DNA of 40,193 bases from a virus. Positions 32,664 to 40,193 of the stretch are shown here, piece by piece. The notes beneath the pieces are model-generated. The model worked only from the letters and a program-made list of their open reading frames with translations. It did no database searches and was not told where the DNA came from. The translations under genes were made by a program, and so were the position numbers. Position 1 is the first letter of the stretch. Each line of letters starts with the position of its first letter. The DNA is taken from the UHGV virus genome UHGV-1364435; one strand, written 5' to 3'.

Positions 32664-33154
32664 TGCATCGGGTCCCATATCCGTGGAAAGTGGGTCTGGT
32701 CGTAGGCATATTGCGCCAGGAAGCGGTTAAGGCTATCACCATAGCAGCCGAACAGTTCCGGCAGATTGGCGGTAAGACAATCGCTATCCTGGTTGGGTGT
32801 GCGCTCTGCGGTCAGCGTGAACGAGATCACCCAATTCTTTCCGTCCTGCGTGGTGTCGCTGATTGTGCTGGTGATCCAGACCTGGTGATCCTGCAGGCCC
32901 AGGCCACTGTCCAGCGTCATTACGAACGAATTGGCGCCGCCGTCTATCTGGTTCAGGAATGCATAGAACGCCTGCCGGCCGAGGGATGAAACAACCAGCA
33001 CGACGCTAAACGGCACCGCGTCGTAAAAGGTGTCGCGCCCCTGCCGCGGTGCACCGCCTTGCACGTCGTTACGGTAGATGTTGTTACCGCGGGTCAACGA
33101 GTAACCCTGGTTCACTATCGGCCGCAGAGAGGCCGGAAATCGTAAGTCACTCAT
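32660..33154 (-). CDS. minor tail protein (gpM-like / distal tail protein)
   Basis: 164 aa, immediately after the tape measure gene. There is weak pattern similarity to lambda gpM (...G.APRQGRDTFYDAVPFSVVL...). Confidence 0.5.
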   Translation of the reverse strand: MSDLRFPASLRPIVNQGYSLTRGNNIYRNDVQGGAPRQGRDTFYDAVPFSVVLVVSSLGRQAFYAFLNQIDGGANSFVMTLDSGLGLQDHQVWITSTISDTTQDGKNWVISFTLTAERTPNQDSDCLTANLPELFGCYGDSLNRFLAQYAYDQTHFPRIWDPMQ

Positions 33155-33156
33155 CG

Positions 33157-35469
33157 TTAGAATCCTGGCTGATTGCGCGTGTTACGGCGGGATAGCGAGA
33201 TCTGCGAGTTGCTATCCTGCAGATCCCCGGATACCGTTTCGCGGATTATCACCCGCAAACGCCCTTCATCATCGCGTTCTGTGCTGGCCTGGTCAATACG
33301 CCCGGTAGTCTGGTTGACGATTACCACACTGTCGCTACTGTTCTGCTTGCTGCCGTTCTCACCCATAATCTGGCGCATCTGCTGCGCGGTGCGCACGCGC
33401 GACGCCGAGGCCGGCATAATCACTTCCGGCTTGCCACGCTCGGCGATAGTCGACGCCTGACCGGCTGACAGCGTACCACCCTGTTCACGCGCTGACCGGA
33501 TTTTCGCGACGTTTGCCGCACCCGCAGCGACGGCGGCAGCGGCAGCGGCAACGCCCAGCGCCGGGCCGATGATAGGGATAGGGGCAAGAGCGGAATAGGC
33601 CGCGGTAGCCGCTTTGTATGTGTTGATCACCGTTTCGGTGATGGCGGCGGCTTTATACAGCGCGTTACCTTCGCCGAGGGCGGATTTAAGCGACGACGTG
33701 GTGTCGCTTAACGTTTTCGAGTAGGAGTCCAGGCGCTTCTCGTCGGCCTGCTGCGCGATCTGCAAAAGCGCGTTTTGATACTCCTGCTCACTTATGATCC
33801 CTCGATCGTAAAACTCTTTGGCTTTGTCCTCTTTCGCTTTCTGCTGTACGTCGATGAGTTCCAGCTCTGTCGCGTTAAGCGCCTGGATGTCGGCGATATA
33901 TTGATCATGCTGGCCTTGTTTCCTGGCGGCTTCCTGCTGCCGCCTGTCCAGCTCTTTCTGGCGGGCTGCGCCGGCCTCGAGCACTATCGCGGTTTTCGCG
34001 TCTTCATACTCTTTTTGAGTAATGTTTCCCGCTTCCAGATATTGTTTAGCCTTTTCTAATTTTTGCTGTTCCTTTGCATCTATCTCCTTTATCTCGTCCG
34101 AATTAGTGCGAGCTATCTGGTCTAAAAAAGATTGGGCGTTTTTGTCCTGTGTAGCTTTCGCGTTAGCTTCACGTTTAGCTGCAGCCGCGGCACGGGTGGC
34201 AGCAGCTTTTTCCTGCGCCGCTGTTTTTTTAGCCTCTCTTTCATCGAACTTTTTCAGTTCATAGGCCGCCTCGGCGTCACGGGCTTTGTTAAATTCAGCG
34301 ATCTGGTCTTTCGTGACACCTTGTCTTTTTGCGAAAGCGTCTTTTTCGAGTTTAGCTTGGGCCGCAAATCGGTCTCTCTCAGCCATACCCTGTATTTTAG
34401 TCGCGGCGATTATCGCGTCGTTCTGGTCCCGTATTTGTCGTGTGGCTTCGTTAGTTGCAGCTCCCATCTTTTTCTGGGATTCGGTAACAAGATCCTGCTG
34501 TTTTTGTGCGGTCGCCAGCGCGTTAGCGTTCTGCTGCGCGGCCGTGGCCTGGTCCAGCAGTTCTTTCTTATTCTCGGTGGCGGCTACCGCCGCGGCTGCC
34601 GTTGCGTCAGCGACCTTCTGCGCGTTTTCGGCCGACGGCTCGGCGTTAAACAGGCGCTGGGCCACCAGCATGTCGGAAATTTCTTTTGTGCCTACGCCAT
34701 ATGTCGCGGCCAGCTCATTCACAGCCGCGGCGAGGTTACCGTATTTCGCGCTGTTCGCATCGGCGAGCACGTTGATATTGGACAGCGTATCGCCGACGTT
34801 CATGTTACGCGCGATCATATCGTCCAGGGTGGCGATATTGGTCTGCGCGGCTACGCTGTTACCGAGCAACTCTTTACCTTGCTCGCGGATCGCCGTCGTG
34901 GCCCGCTCGATTTGCTGCGCCGCCTGCAGGCCGATCAGCTTAACCATGCTGCCGTATGCGGCGTCGCCGTTCTGGCTAAGTTGCACCAGCGCGTCGGAAA
35001 ACTCGATCGTGCCATCTTTGGCGGTCTGGAACGACTTGGAAAGCTCGCTCGCGCCTTTCTCCAGGTCTTTAGCGCTGGCGCCGGTGTCGGTGAATGCCTT
35101 ATACAGTACACCACCAACAGCAGAAGCCAGGGCGATAACGGCACCCAGCACCGCGCCGCCCGGGCCGAATGCGCCGGCAAGCTGGCTACCCTGCTGGCCG
35201 ATGGCAACGAAGGCCGACGTGCCGCTCTGCAGCTGCACAACCATATCCTGGACCTGGAAACCGACCTGCCCGGCGGCGTTGCGGAACTTGGCAAAGCCAT
35301 CGTTAGCCGCTTTTTGGGTGGCGGTGTTAACCTTGTTGACGTCCGGCGTTAGCCGGTTAACCGACGCGTCGGCACGGTCGGCGGAGGAAGCAAACTGATC
35401 AAGCTGTTTCGCCCCGGCGTCGGCACCTTCGGTCTTCACCCTTGCAACTAGTGACGCTGTGTCAGCCAT
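33157..35469 (-). CDS. tail tape measure protein
   Basis: ATG at 35469 with GAGGG upstream. 770 aa, very ala/gln/lys-rich coiled-coil, with a glycine-rich hydrophobic segment. The track start is an alternative TTG. Confidence 0.85.
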   Translation of the reverse strand: MADTASLVARVKTEGADAGAKQLDQFASSADRADASVNRLTPDVNKVNTATQKAANDGFAKFRNAAGQVGFQVQDMVVQLQSGTSAFVAIGQQGSQLAGAFGPGGAVLGAVIALASAVGGVLYKAFTDTGASAKDLEKGASELSKSFQTAKDGTIEFSDALVQLSQNGDAAYGSMVKLIGLQAAQQIERATTAIREQGKELLGNSVAAQTNIATLDDMIARNMNVGDTLSNINVLADANSAKYGNLAAAVNELAATYGVGTKEISDMLVAQRLFNAEPSAENAQKVADATAAAAVAATENKKELLDQATAAQQNANALATAQKQQDLVTESQKKMGAATNEATRQIRDQNDAIIAATKIQGMAERDRFAAQAKLEKDAFAKRQGVTKDQIAEFNKARDAEAAYELKKFDEREAKKTAAQEKAAATRAAAAAKREANAKATQDKNAQSFLDQIARTNSDEIKEIDAKEQQKLEKAKQYLEAGNITQKEYEDAKTAIVLEAGAARQKELDRRQQEAARKQGQHDQYIADIQALNATELELIDVQQKAKEDKAKEFYDRGIISEQEYQNALLQIAQQADEKRLDSYSKTLSDTTSSLKSALGEGNALYKAAAITETVINTYKAATAAYSALAPIPIIGPALGVAAAAAAVAAGAANVAKIRSAREQGGTLSAGQASTIAERGKPEVIMPASASRVRTAQQMRQIMGENGSKQNSSDSVVIVNQTTGRIDQASTERDDEGRLRVIIRETVSGDLQDSNSQISLSRRNTRNQPGF

Positions 35470-35833
35470 CGTGTCTGCCCTCGAAAATGGCGTCAATACG
35501 CATAATCAAATCCGCTTCCATAATGCTGATCCGCTGCCCGGTTACCGCCTTGTAATCGACGATATCGGACCACTTAAGCATTTCTCGCGGGTATATCATC
35601 ATAGTATCATTAGTTTCGCGCTGTATGAATTTTAGTTCCCTGTATTTCTCGAACACACCAGCAAAAATTAAGGGGCACTCTGGCCCCTTTAATTCTTCGC
35701 GCTGCGCGCCGGATATGACCCCCATCGAGATCAGCGCGGCCTCATGCCCCGCCGATATCTGGTCGAACTCCTGCCGGCGCTGCCGTGTTACGAATTGCCA
35801 GGTAGCGAAATCACACAGCGCTTTTACTTTGCG
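35462..35833 (-). CDS. gpT-like -1 frame extension of tail assembly chaperone (candidate programmed frameshift product G-T)
   Basis: The -1 frame opens 4 codons before the chaperone stop and runs to 35462, overlapping the tape-measure start. The first in-frame ATG is at 35725. Ordinary initiation at that ATG lacks an RBS. Confidence 0.45.
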   Translation of the reverse strand, partial: RKVKALCDFATWQFVTRQRRQEFDQISAGHEAALISMGVISGAQREELKGPECPLIFAGVFEKYRELKFIQRETNDTMMIYPREMLKWSDIVDYKAVTGQRISIMEADLIMRIDAIFEGRHDG

Positions 35834-36240
35834 TTAAGTTCTTCCCGGATCTTGGTGTGGAAGGTAGCGACCTGCAGCGCGAGACCGCGATACTGGCGCA
35901 GCAATTCCGCGAAACCTTCACGGCTAAACTCTTCATCGAACGACCAGCCGGTAACCAGTTCAACCGCGAGATCACGATTAAGGCTCTCCACCTGGATATT
36001 TCGCTTCTCGTTCCATTCGGTGTAGTTGTCTTTCGCTTTACAGGCTGCTTCCAGCTCTTCCAGCGAGGCGTCGACGGCCCGCACAGCTGCCGTGTATGCG
36101 CGCCCGGCTTCGATCGAGACGTCGCAATCTGGCCCGCGCACCTGCAGCCATTCGCCGGAGTCTTCACCATTCGGCAGCATGATTGGCATACGCGATCCGG
36201 CTTCGTGTTTGTCGGCAAAGTAGAAATCTTTCAGCTTCAT
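35824..36240 (-). CDS. tail assembly chaperone (gpG-like)
   Basis: 138 aa acidic protein between the major tail and tape measure genes. It ends ...GCA AAG TAA. Confidence 0.55.
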   Translation of the reverse strand: MKLKDFYFADKHEAGSRMPIMLPNGEDSGEWLQVRGPDCDVSIEAGRAYTAAVRAVDASLEELEAACKAKDNYTEWNEKRNIQVESLNRDLAVELVTGWSFDEEFSREGFAELLRQYRGLALQVATFHTKIREELNAK

Positions 36241-36268
36241 TTTTAACCCGCTATGGTTGATTTGTTGG

Positions 36269-36297
36269 TTGCGATATGTTTAGATACATGTAGAACT
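36269..36297 (+). promoter_or_regulatory. variant of the GTTGGTTGC promoter module (TTGCGA -35)
   Basis: TTTGTTGGTTGCGATATG... lies upstream of the small plus-strand membrane-protein gene. The -10 is weak (TAGAAC). Confidence 0.3.
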
Positions 36298-36315
36298 TTC
36301 AAAGAGGAATATACC

Positions 36316-36564
36316 ATGACGCAATTCATTATAGCAATTCTGGCGATGGGCCTAAACCTGGCCGTGCTGTTCTTCGTTGTGCGCTACGCCACGCGGTCGA
36401 GCGAACAGGTCGAATTGTTGCGCCAGATTCTGGCGACGGCGAAACCGGAAGTAAAAAGCGAAATCGTTAAACTGACAGAAGAGCGGATCGCGAGACGACG
36501 GGAGGCGTTTGAGGATGACATGAGAAAGGGGTCTAGAACGACCGATCATAGATTCAGAATATAA
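36316..36564 (+). CDS. small membrane protein (82 aa) encoded antisense to the tail operon
   Basis: RBS AAAGAGGAATATACC ATG. The N-terminal TM helix is FIIAILAMGLNLAVLFFVV, followed by a charged helical tail. It has its own promoter motif and terminator. Confidence 0.55.
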   Translation: MTQFIIAILAMGLNLAVLFFVVRYATRSSEQVELLRQILATAKPEVKSEIVKLTEERIARRREAFEDDMRKGSRTTDHRFRI

Positions 36565-36594
36565 TAAAGGCCCCGAAAGGGGCCTTTATTTTAT
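36565..36594. terminator. bidirectional intrinsic terminator
   Basis: AAGGCCCC gaaa GGGGCCTT with A-run before and TTTATTTTA after. It is shared by the plus-strand small gene and the minus-strand major tail gene. Confidence 0.75.
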
Positions 36595-37757
36595 GCGTAC
36601 ACAAGGCGCTGAATGACGATAGACGATTGCAGGCTATTGCCCGTCGCCTGGCCTTCAATGCTCTGCGTCACCGACTCTGCGCCACCAATCTCCGGCGTTA
36701 CTGCCGTTAGTTCTGCCCGCTTCATCGAGATAGACATTGCGCCCTTCACACCAGACAGAATCGAATTAATTTCGACCTGCGTCTCGTTAATGAATTTCTG
36801 GATCATCTCCATGTCGTAAAGTTTACCGGCGATGGAGAAAGTGTTGACCGCGCGGCCGCGCTCGACAAAGGCCACGCTATTATTCCCCAGCTCGAATTGC
36901 GCCGATGCGCCGTTGTCGTTGGTGAAGGTCAGCGTATCGCACTTAAGCGGCTGAATTCCATCGAACACGGATACATCAACCGACGAGAACGGCTCCGCGT
37001 CAAAGGTGATCTGTGAGAAGTCCGAACCGGCCGGCGGCGCGGTTAGAATTTCCTGCGTCATGCCGATGAACGGGAAAGACCCGGTAACCATGGCGTTTAC
37101 CGCCTGCTCAATAGTGAAGCCGGAAATCTCAACGCCGCGGGTGATAACGTAGCTGTCCGGATTACCGCACTGGCCTTTGAACCAGGTAAGGATCGAGAAG
37201 GTCTTACATAGGTTACCGGTTTCCAGCTTGTCGCCGGTGGCGTAATCGGTCTCCGCTGCGGCTGCAGTGGCCAGCGGGTACTGGATAGCCGCGCCGGTTA
37301 CTACGGTAGACGTTACCGCGGTGACAATGAACGGCAGCCCATTATTACCTGGCAGGTCTGCGAAGCGAATGAGATCGCCGACTTCTACGCCATCGGTGAG
37401 AAAGTCCCCCGCCGAACGAGTAAAAGTCTTAGCCCCAGCGTCTACAGCTACGTCTACGGCGGTGCCAGTTACGCCGGCCACCCAGGAAGACGTCATCGCG
37501 CCCGCGAGAAAATCATCCTGGCTGCGGGAACTCAGTTCGATCGCGTATTCGCCGGAGACCTGTTTATTCCCGGTGCGGATGAAGGATGTTTCCCGGCTGC
37601 CGTCAAGCTCGTTGGACGTCAGCGCATCGCGGGTTACCGCGGGCACACCGCCGGTGTTGCGCAGCGGCGACCATACCGGGCTGGTCGGTGTAGTTCCTGG
37701 CGTTGTCTCCGCAACGTAAAACTGTGCGGTAAGCGCGCCCTTATATGGCTGTACCAT
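36591..37757 (-). CDS. major tail (tube) protein with extended C-terminal (Ig-like?) region
   Basis: 388 aa. The N-terminal pattern YKGALTAQFYV...W.PLRNTGG is reminiscent of gpV-type tube proteins. It sits upstream of the chaperone/tape measure genes. Confidence 0.65.
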   Translation of the reverse strand: MVQPYKGALTAQFYVAETTPGTTPTSPVWSPLRNTGGVPAVTRDALTSNELDGSRETSFIRTGNKQVSGEYAIELSSRSQDDFLAGAMTSSWVAGVTGTAVDVAVDAGAKTFTRSAGDFLTDGVEVGDLIRFADLPGNNGLPFIVTAVTSTVVTGAAIQYPLATAAAAETDYATGDKLETGNLCKTFSILTWFKGQCGNPDSYVITRGVEISGFTIEQAVNAMVTGSFPFIGMTQEILTAPPAGSDFSQITFDAEPFSSVDVSVFDGIQPLKCDTLTFTNDNGASAQFELGNNSVAFVERGRAVNTFSIAGKLYDMEMIQKFINETQVEINSILSGVKGAMSISMKRAELTAVTPEIGGAESVTQSIEGQATGNSLQSSIVIQRLVYA

Positions 37758-37759
37758 TT

Positions 37760-38173
37760 TTATAACCTCGCAGTAAATGCTATGAAATTAATGGATAAAG
37801 GGCGAGTGGCCCATCCGTTTTGCACTATCAGAGGCCCCAGGCTCACCGATTGCACCTCGGCGCAAATTGCGTTGCGCGACACCGCAGATCCCGCTTTAAA
37901 CGCCGCATTCAATAAGTCTGCCATTTTATTGATCGGCGCGCTACCTTTCGCCTGCGCGTAGTTAATATCGACCTGATACACGCCAGCACGCTGCTCTGTC
38001 CAGAACAGGTCCGCCTGCTCCGTATCGGCCAGCAGCATGTAGCTTGCCAGATACGGCGTATCGGTGGACGTCGGCGCGTCGATATTCTCCAGTGCAACGG
38101 CGATATTGTTAGCCGTGCCGAAGGCCTTCAATGCGATGTCGAACGCTTTCGTTAAATCCTCAAAGTAACCCAT
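37760..38173 (-). CDS. tail component (tail terminator / tube initiator-like position)
   Basis: 137 aa. Assigned by synteny, between the HK97 gp10-like and major tail genes. Confidence 0.5.
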   Translation of the reverse strand: MGYFEDLTKAFDIALKAFGTANNIAVALENIDAPTSTDTPYLASYMLLADTEQADLFWTEQRAGVYQVDINYAQAKGSAPINKMADLLNAAFKAGSAVSRNAICAEVQSVSLGPLIVQNGWATRPLSINFIAFTARL

Positions 38174-38700
38174 TATCGCACCTTCGCGGCTTCTTGTTCG
38201 AGTAGCGCATTAAACCGTGCTACGTTAATTCTAACAACGCCTTGCGGCGCCTGCTTAGAATAACCGTTAATAGTTTTCTGTTCTCTTTGTCTTTTTGGCC
38301 CTACAAACTTAGATAACTTCATCGGGCCCTGGAATGATACTAAACTACTTGCCTCCGGCCTGGCGGGCCCCATAAACCCGGTTGGGTAGCCACCGTATTC
38401 TATAATCTCGGCATAAGGCAGGTTATTAGTTAACGTAAACTCTTCCCAATATTGCGCTTTTTCGATGAAAGATTGGACTCGCGATATCGCGGTATCCCCT
38501 GTTTTATCTTCACCGGGTATCTCACCAGAGGCAGGCAAACCGCCCGCGGCTTGCCAGTTCATACGGAACCGACCAGTATCTACCGGGCTTGCTTTAATAA
38601 TGGCTGAAAATAATTTAAAAGTGACCTGACGCATAACTTTTTCATTATTTTGTTTCGTCTTCTCGACGAATGCCCGGACGTCAAGCGCGAAGGTTCCCAT
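38173..38700 (-). CDS. HK97 gp10-family tail completion protein
   Basis: ATG at 38700. The SPVDTGRFRMNW motif is typical of the HK97 gp10 family. Confidence 0.6.
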   Translation of the reverse strand: MGTFALDVRAFVEKTKQNNEKVMRQVTFKLFSAIIKASPVDTGRFRMNWQAAGGLPASGEIPGEDKTGDTAISRVQSFIEKAQYWEEFTLTNNLPYAEIIEYGGYPTGFMGPARPEASSLVSFQGPMKLSKFVGPKRQREQKTINGYSKQAPQGVVRINVARFNALLEQEAAKVR

Positions 38701-39059
38701 TATTTGCGCACCTGGATAAACCACGCGATCACGTCGTCATTTACCATCTTCGTTTCAATGGCTACGATGGACCACTCGGCCCCGTTAAACGACACCTTAT
38801 CTTCCATCTTCGGCAGCACGCTGTGATCGGCCTTCACGATCATATCGCCAGCTTGTATGGTAGTTCCGTTCACCAGCGCCACGTTAACCGGTACAGGGAC
38901 CGAGGTTAGCGGGATCGTGGTCGGCGGCGATTCAACATATTCGCCTTCATCCGGGTCCCACACTTTAGACCCGGCGCGAATCAGATTAACGGCGCTGCCG
39001 TACTTACCTAAAAGGCGCGTCGCGGTTTTCTGCATGCGCTTGCTGAATGCACTGGACAT
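38700..39059 (-). CDS. head-tail joining / head closure-like protein
   Basis: ATG at 39059 (MSSAFSKRMQKTATRLLGKYGSAVNL...). 119 aa. Assigned by synteny. Confidence 0.5.
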   Translation of the reverse strand: MSSAFSKRMQKTATRLLGKYGSAVNLIRAGSKVWDPDEGEYVESPPTTIPLTSVPVPVNVALVNGTTIQAGDMIVKADHSVLPKMEDKVSFNGAEWSIVAIETKMVNDDVIAWFIQVRK

Positions 39060-39673
39060 TATACCGGCTCCAGACGAGAAATAACGAGAAGGCCCGACGG
39101 CGCCGTGCCCCACGCTGTAACCGTGGCCGCCTGTGGGTAAATCCCGCCGAAGTTAGTTCCGGCGCTGTCGCGCATGATTTGCACTGCAAAAGTCTGCCCG
39201 GCGGTGGCATTGATAACGACACGCGACTCAATGGGGATCGTCACGTCGGCGCTAACCAGCTTAGTCGCAGCAGGAGAGCCATATTGCGCGCCGGCAAGCA
39301 GGATCCGCGACAGCAAAATGGAAACGCCACTTGCGCCGGTGCGCCCGGCCTGCAGCTTGACGCGGACCGCATAATTGCCCGCAACGTTGAACGTAACCAG
39401 CCCTGCGGCCGAGATTGACACCGGGTCAGTCGGCGCGCCCTGCGCGGCCCCGAAAGACACCTGCAGCGGGGTATCGACCGCCGTGGGCGCCTGGGCCACC
39501 AGGGACGGTGCGCGCAATACTTCAACCTCTTTCACACCGGAGGCCGCATACAGCATTGAGTCGGCGATCTGGGTATTAACTTCGCGCAATTTCTCCGGCG
39601 TAATCGCGCCGGTCGTATTATCGGGAAGGTTGTTCGCAATGAGGGTGAAAATTTGTGTTTTTGTCTGCGCCAT
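39059..39673 (-). CDS. virion structural protein (204 aa, ala/thr/val-rich)
   Basis: ATG at 39673 (MAQTKTQIFTLIANNLPDNTTGAITPEKLREV...). It lies between the connector and head-tail joining genes. Confidence 0.5.
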   Translation of the reverse strand: MAQTKTQIFTLIANNLPDNTTGAITPEKLREVNTQIADSMLYAASGVKEVEVLRAPSLVAQAPTAVDTPLQVSFGAAQGAPTDPVSISAAGLVTFNVAGNYAVRVKLQAGRTGASGVSILLSRILLAGAQYGSPAATKLVSADVTIPIESRVVINATAGQTFAVQIMRDSAGTNFGGIYPQAATVTAWGTAPSGLLVISRLEPV

Positions 39674-39674
39674 A

Positions 39675-40184
39675 TCAGCCCCGGAATACGTTGAACGAAT
39701 ACCCGTTATTAGCGCCGCACAGCAGAGGCGCCAGCGCATCAAGAGCCGCGGTAATTTCGACGGTGGACCCGTTGTTGCCGTTATTGAAATATTCGACTGT
39801 CACCGCGCCTTCTACGCGCTCCATAGATACCGCCCGGCCGTCACTGGCCCCGCGAACGTCTGTCCCGGCTCCGTACTCAACGGCAGCGGCCACTTGTGCG
39901 CGGATAACCTGGGACGGAATGCTGCCGATGGCGATGGGGAAACCATAGAGCGTTACGTTTTTGCGGGGGTAGGCCAGCTCCTGCGCCGCGGATATACGGC
40001 TACCACACATTGCGGGCTCCTGCAGGCCAACATATCCAGCGCCGTTGCGTAACGCCTGCTCTGCTTCCGTATCGTCGGCGGGCAACTCCCAGCCATATTT
40101 AGCCGCGAGTGCGCGGGCGTCCGATAAGCTGATATAACTATCGGCCCCGGCTACGATGCTGCCATCCTCGACGATCAGCGACAT
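39675..40184 (-). CDS. head-tail connector (gp6-like adaptor) protein
   Basis: The N-terminus MSLIVEDGSIVAGADSYISLSDARALAA is typical of gp6-like head-tail adaptor proteins. It is the first gene of the tail block. Confidence 0.55.
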   Translation of the reverse strand: MSLIVEDGSIVAGADSYISLSDARALAAKYGWELPADDTEAEQALRNGAGYVGLQEPAMCGSRISAAQELAYPRKNVTLYGFPIAIGSIPSQVIRAQVAAAVEYGAGTDVRGASDGRAVSMERVEGAVTVEYFNNGNNGSTVEITAALDALAPLLCGANNGYSFNVFRG

Positions 40185-40193
40185 TGGTTATTC

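Noticed and set aside
34132-35398. Plus-strand ORFs of 406 and 370 aa antisense to the tape measure gene
   Set aside because: They mirror the repetitive ala/gln codons of the tape measure on the other strand, and have low-complexity cys/ser/leu-rich composition and no RBS. The tape-measure frame is strongly supported by synteny.

Overview
The window looks like a nearly complete genome of a tailed, siphovirus-type dsDNA phage from an enterobacterial host (overall GC about 55-58%). It is organised as blocks on opposite strands.

On the minus strand, left to right:
- a partial gene, then major capsid (260-1228) and scaffold (1232-1924);
- an overlapping Rz/Rz1 spanin pair (2370-2862);
- head morphogenesis protein, portal, terminase large and small subunits (3146-7499);
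- small unknown genes and a DUF551 protein (7624-8868);
- a self-contained lysis cassette: two holin-like membrane proteins plus a GH24 endolysin (9019-10056);
- an early/middle block with DUF3310 and AP2-like proteins (10123-12024);
- a primase-helicase (12637-14937) and a small XRE-type HTH protein (15003-15239);
- at the right end, a lambda-like tail module (26909-40184): gp6-like connector, HK97 gp10-like protein, major tail protein, tail chaperone with a candidate -1 frameshift extension, tape measure, gpM/L/K-like proteins, a gpJ-like central fibre and a beta-helix tailspike.

On the plus strand (15448-26687) there is an early/replication operon: a basic/acidic low-complexity protein, DUF2800 nuclease, DUF2815 protein, family-A DNA polymerase, HExxH protein, VRR-NUC, two HNH-AP2 homing endonucleases flanking an SNF2-type helicase, a Dam-like N6-adenine methyltransferase, and a small cassette ending in a lipoprotein.

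No integrase, tRNA, CRISPR or transposon was recognised.

The most notable non-coding structure is a set of recurring sequence modules that gene calls do not explain:
- a GTTGGTTGC(AAT) motif at 10 or more intergenic sites, usually fused to near-consensus sigma70-like promoters;
- two near-identical 45-bp promoter cassettes driving small opposite-strand gene cassettes (morons);
- two roughly 90-bp repeat elements carrying TCGCAA/TTGCGA dyads plus iteron-like arrays;
- a 67-nt three-stem palindromic element next to the primase-helicase gene.

All functional calls rest on reading motifs by eye. No database search was possible.
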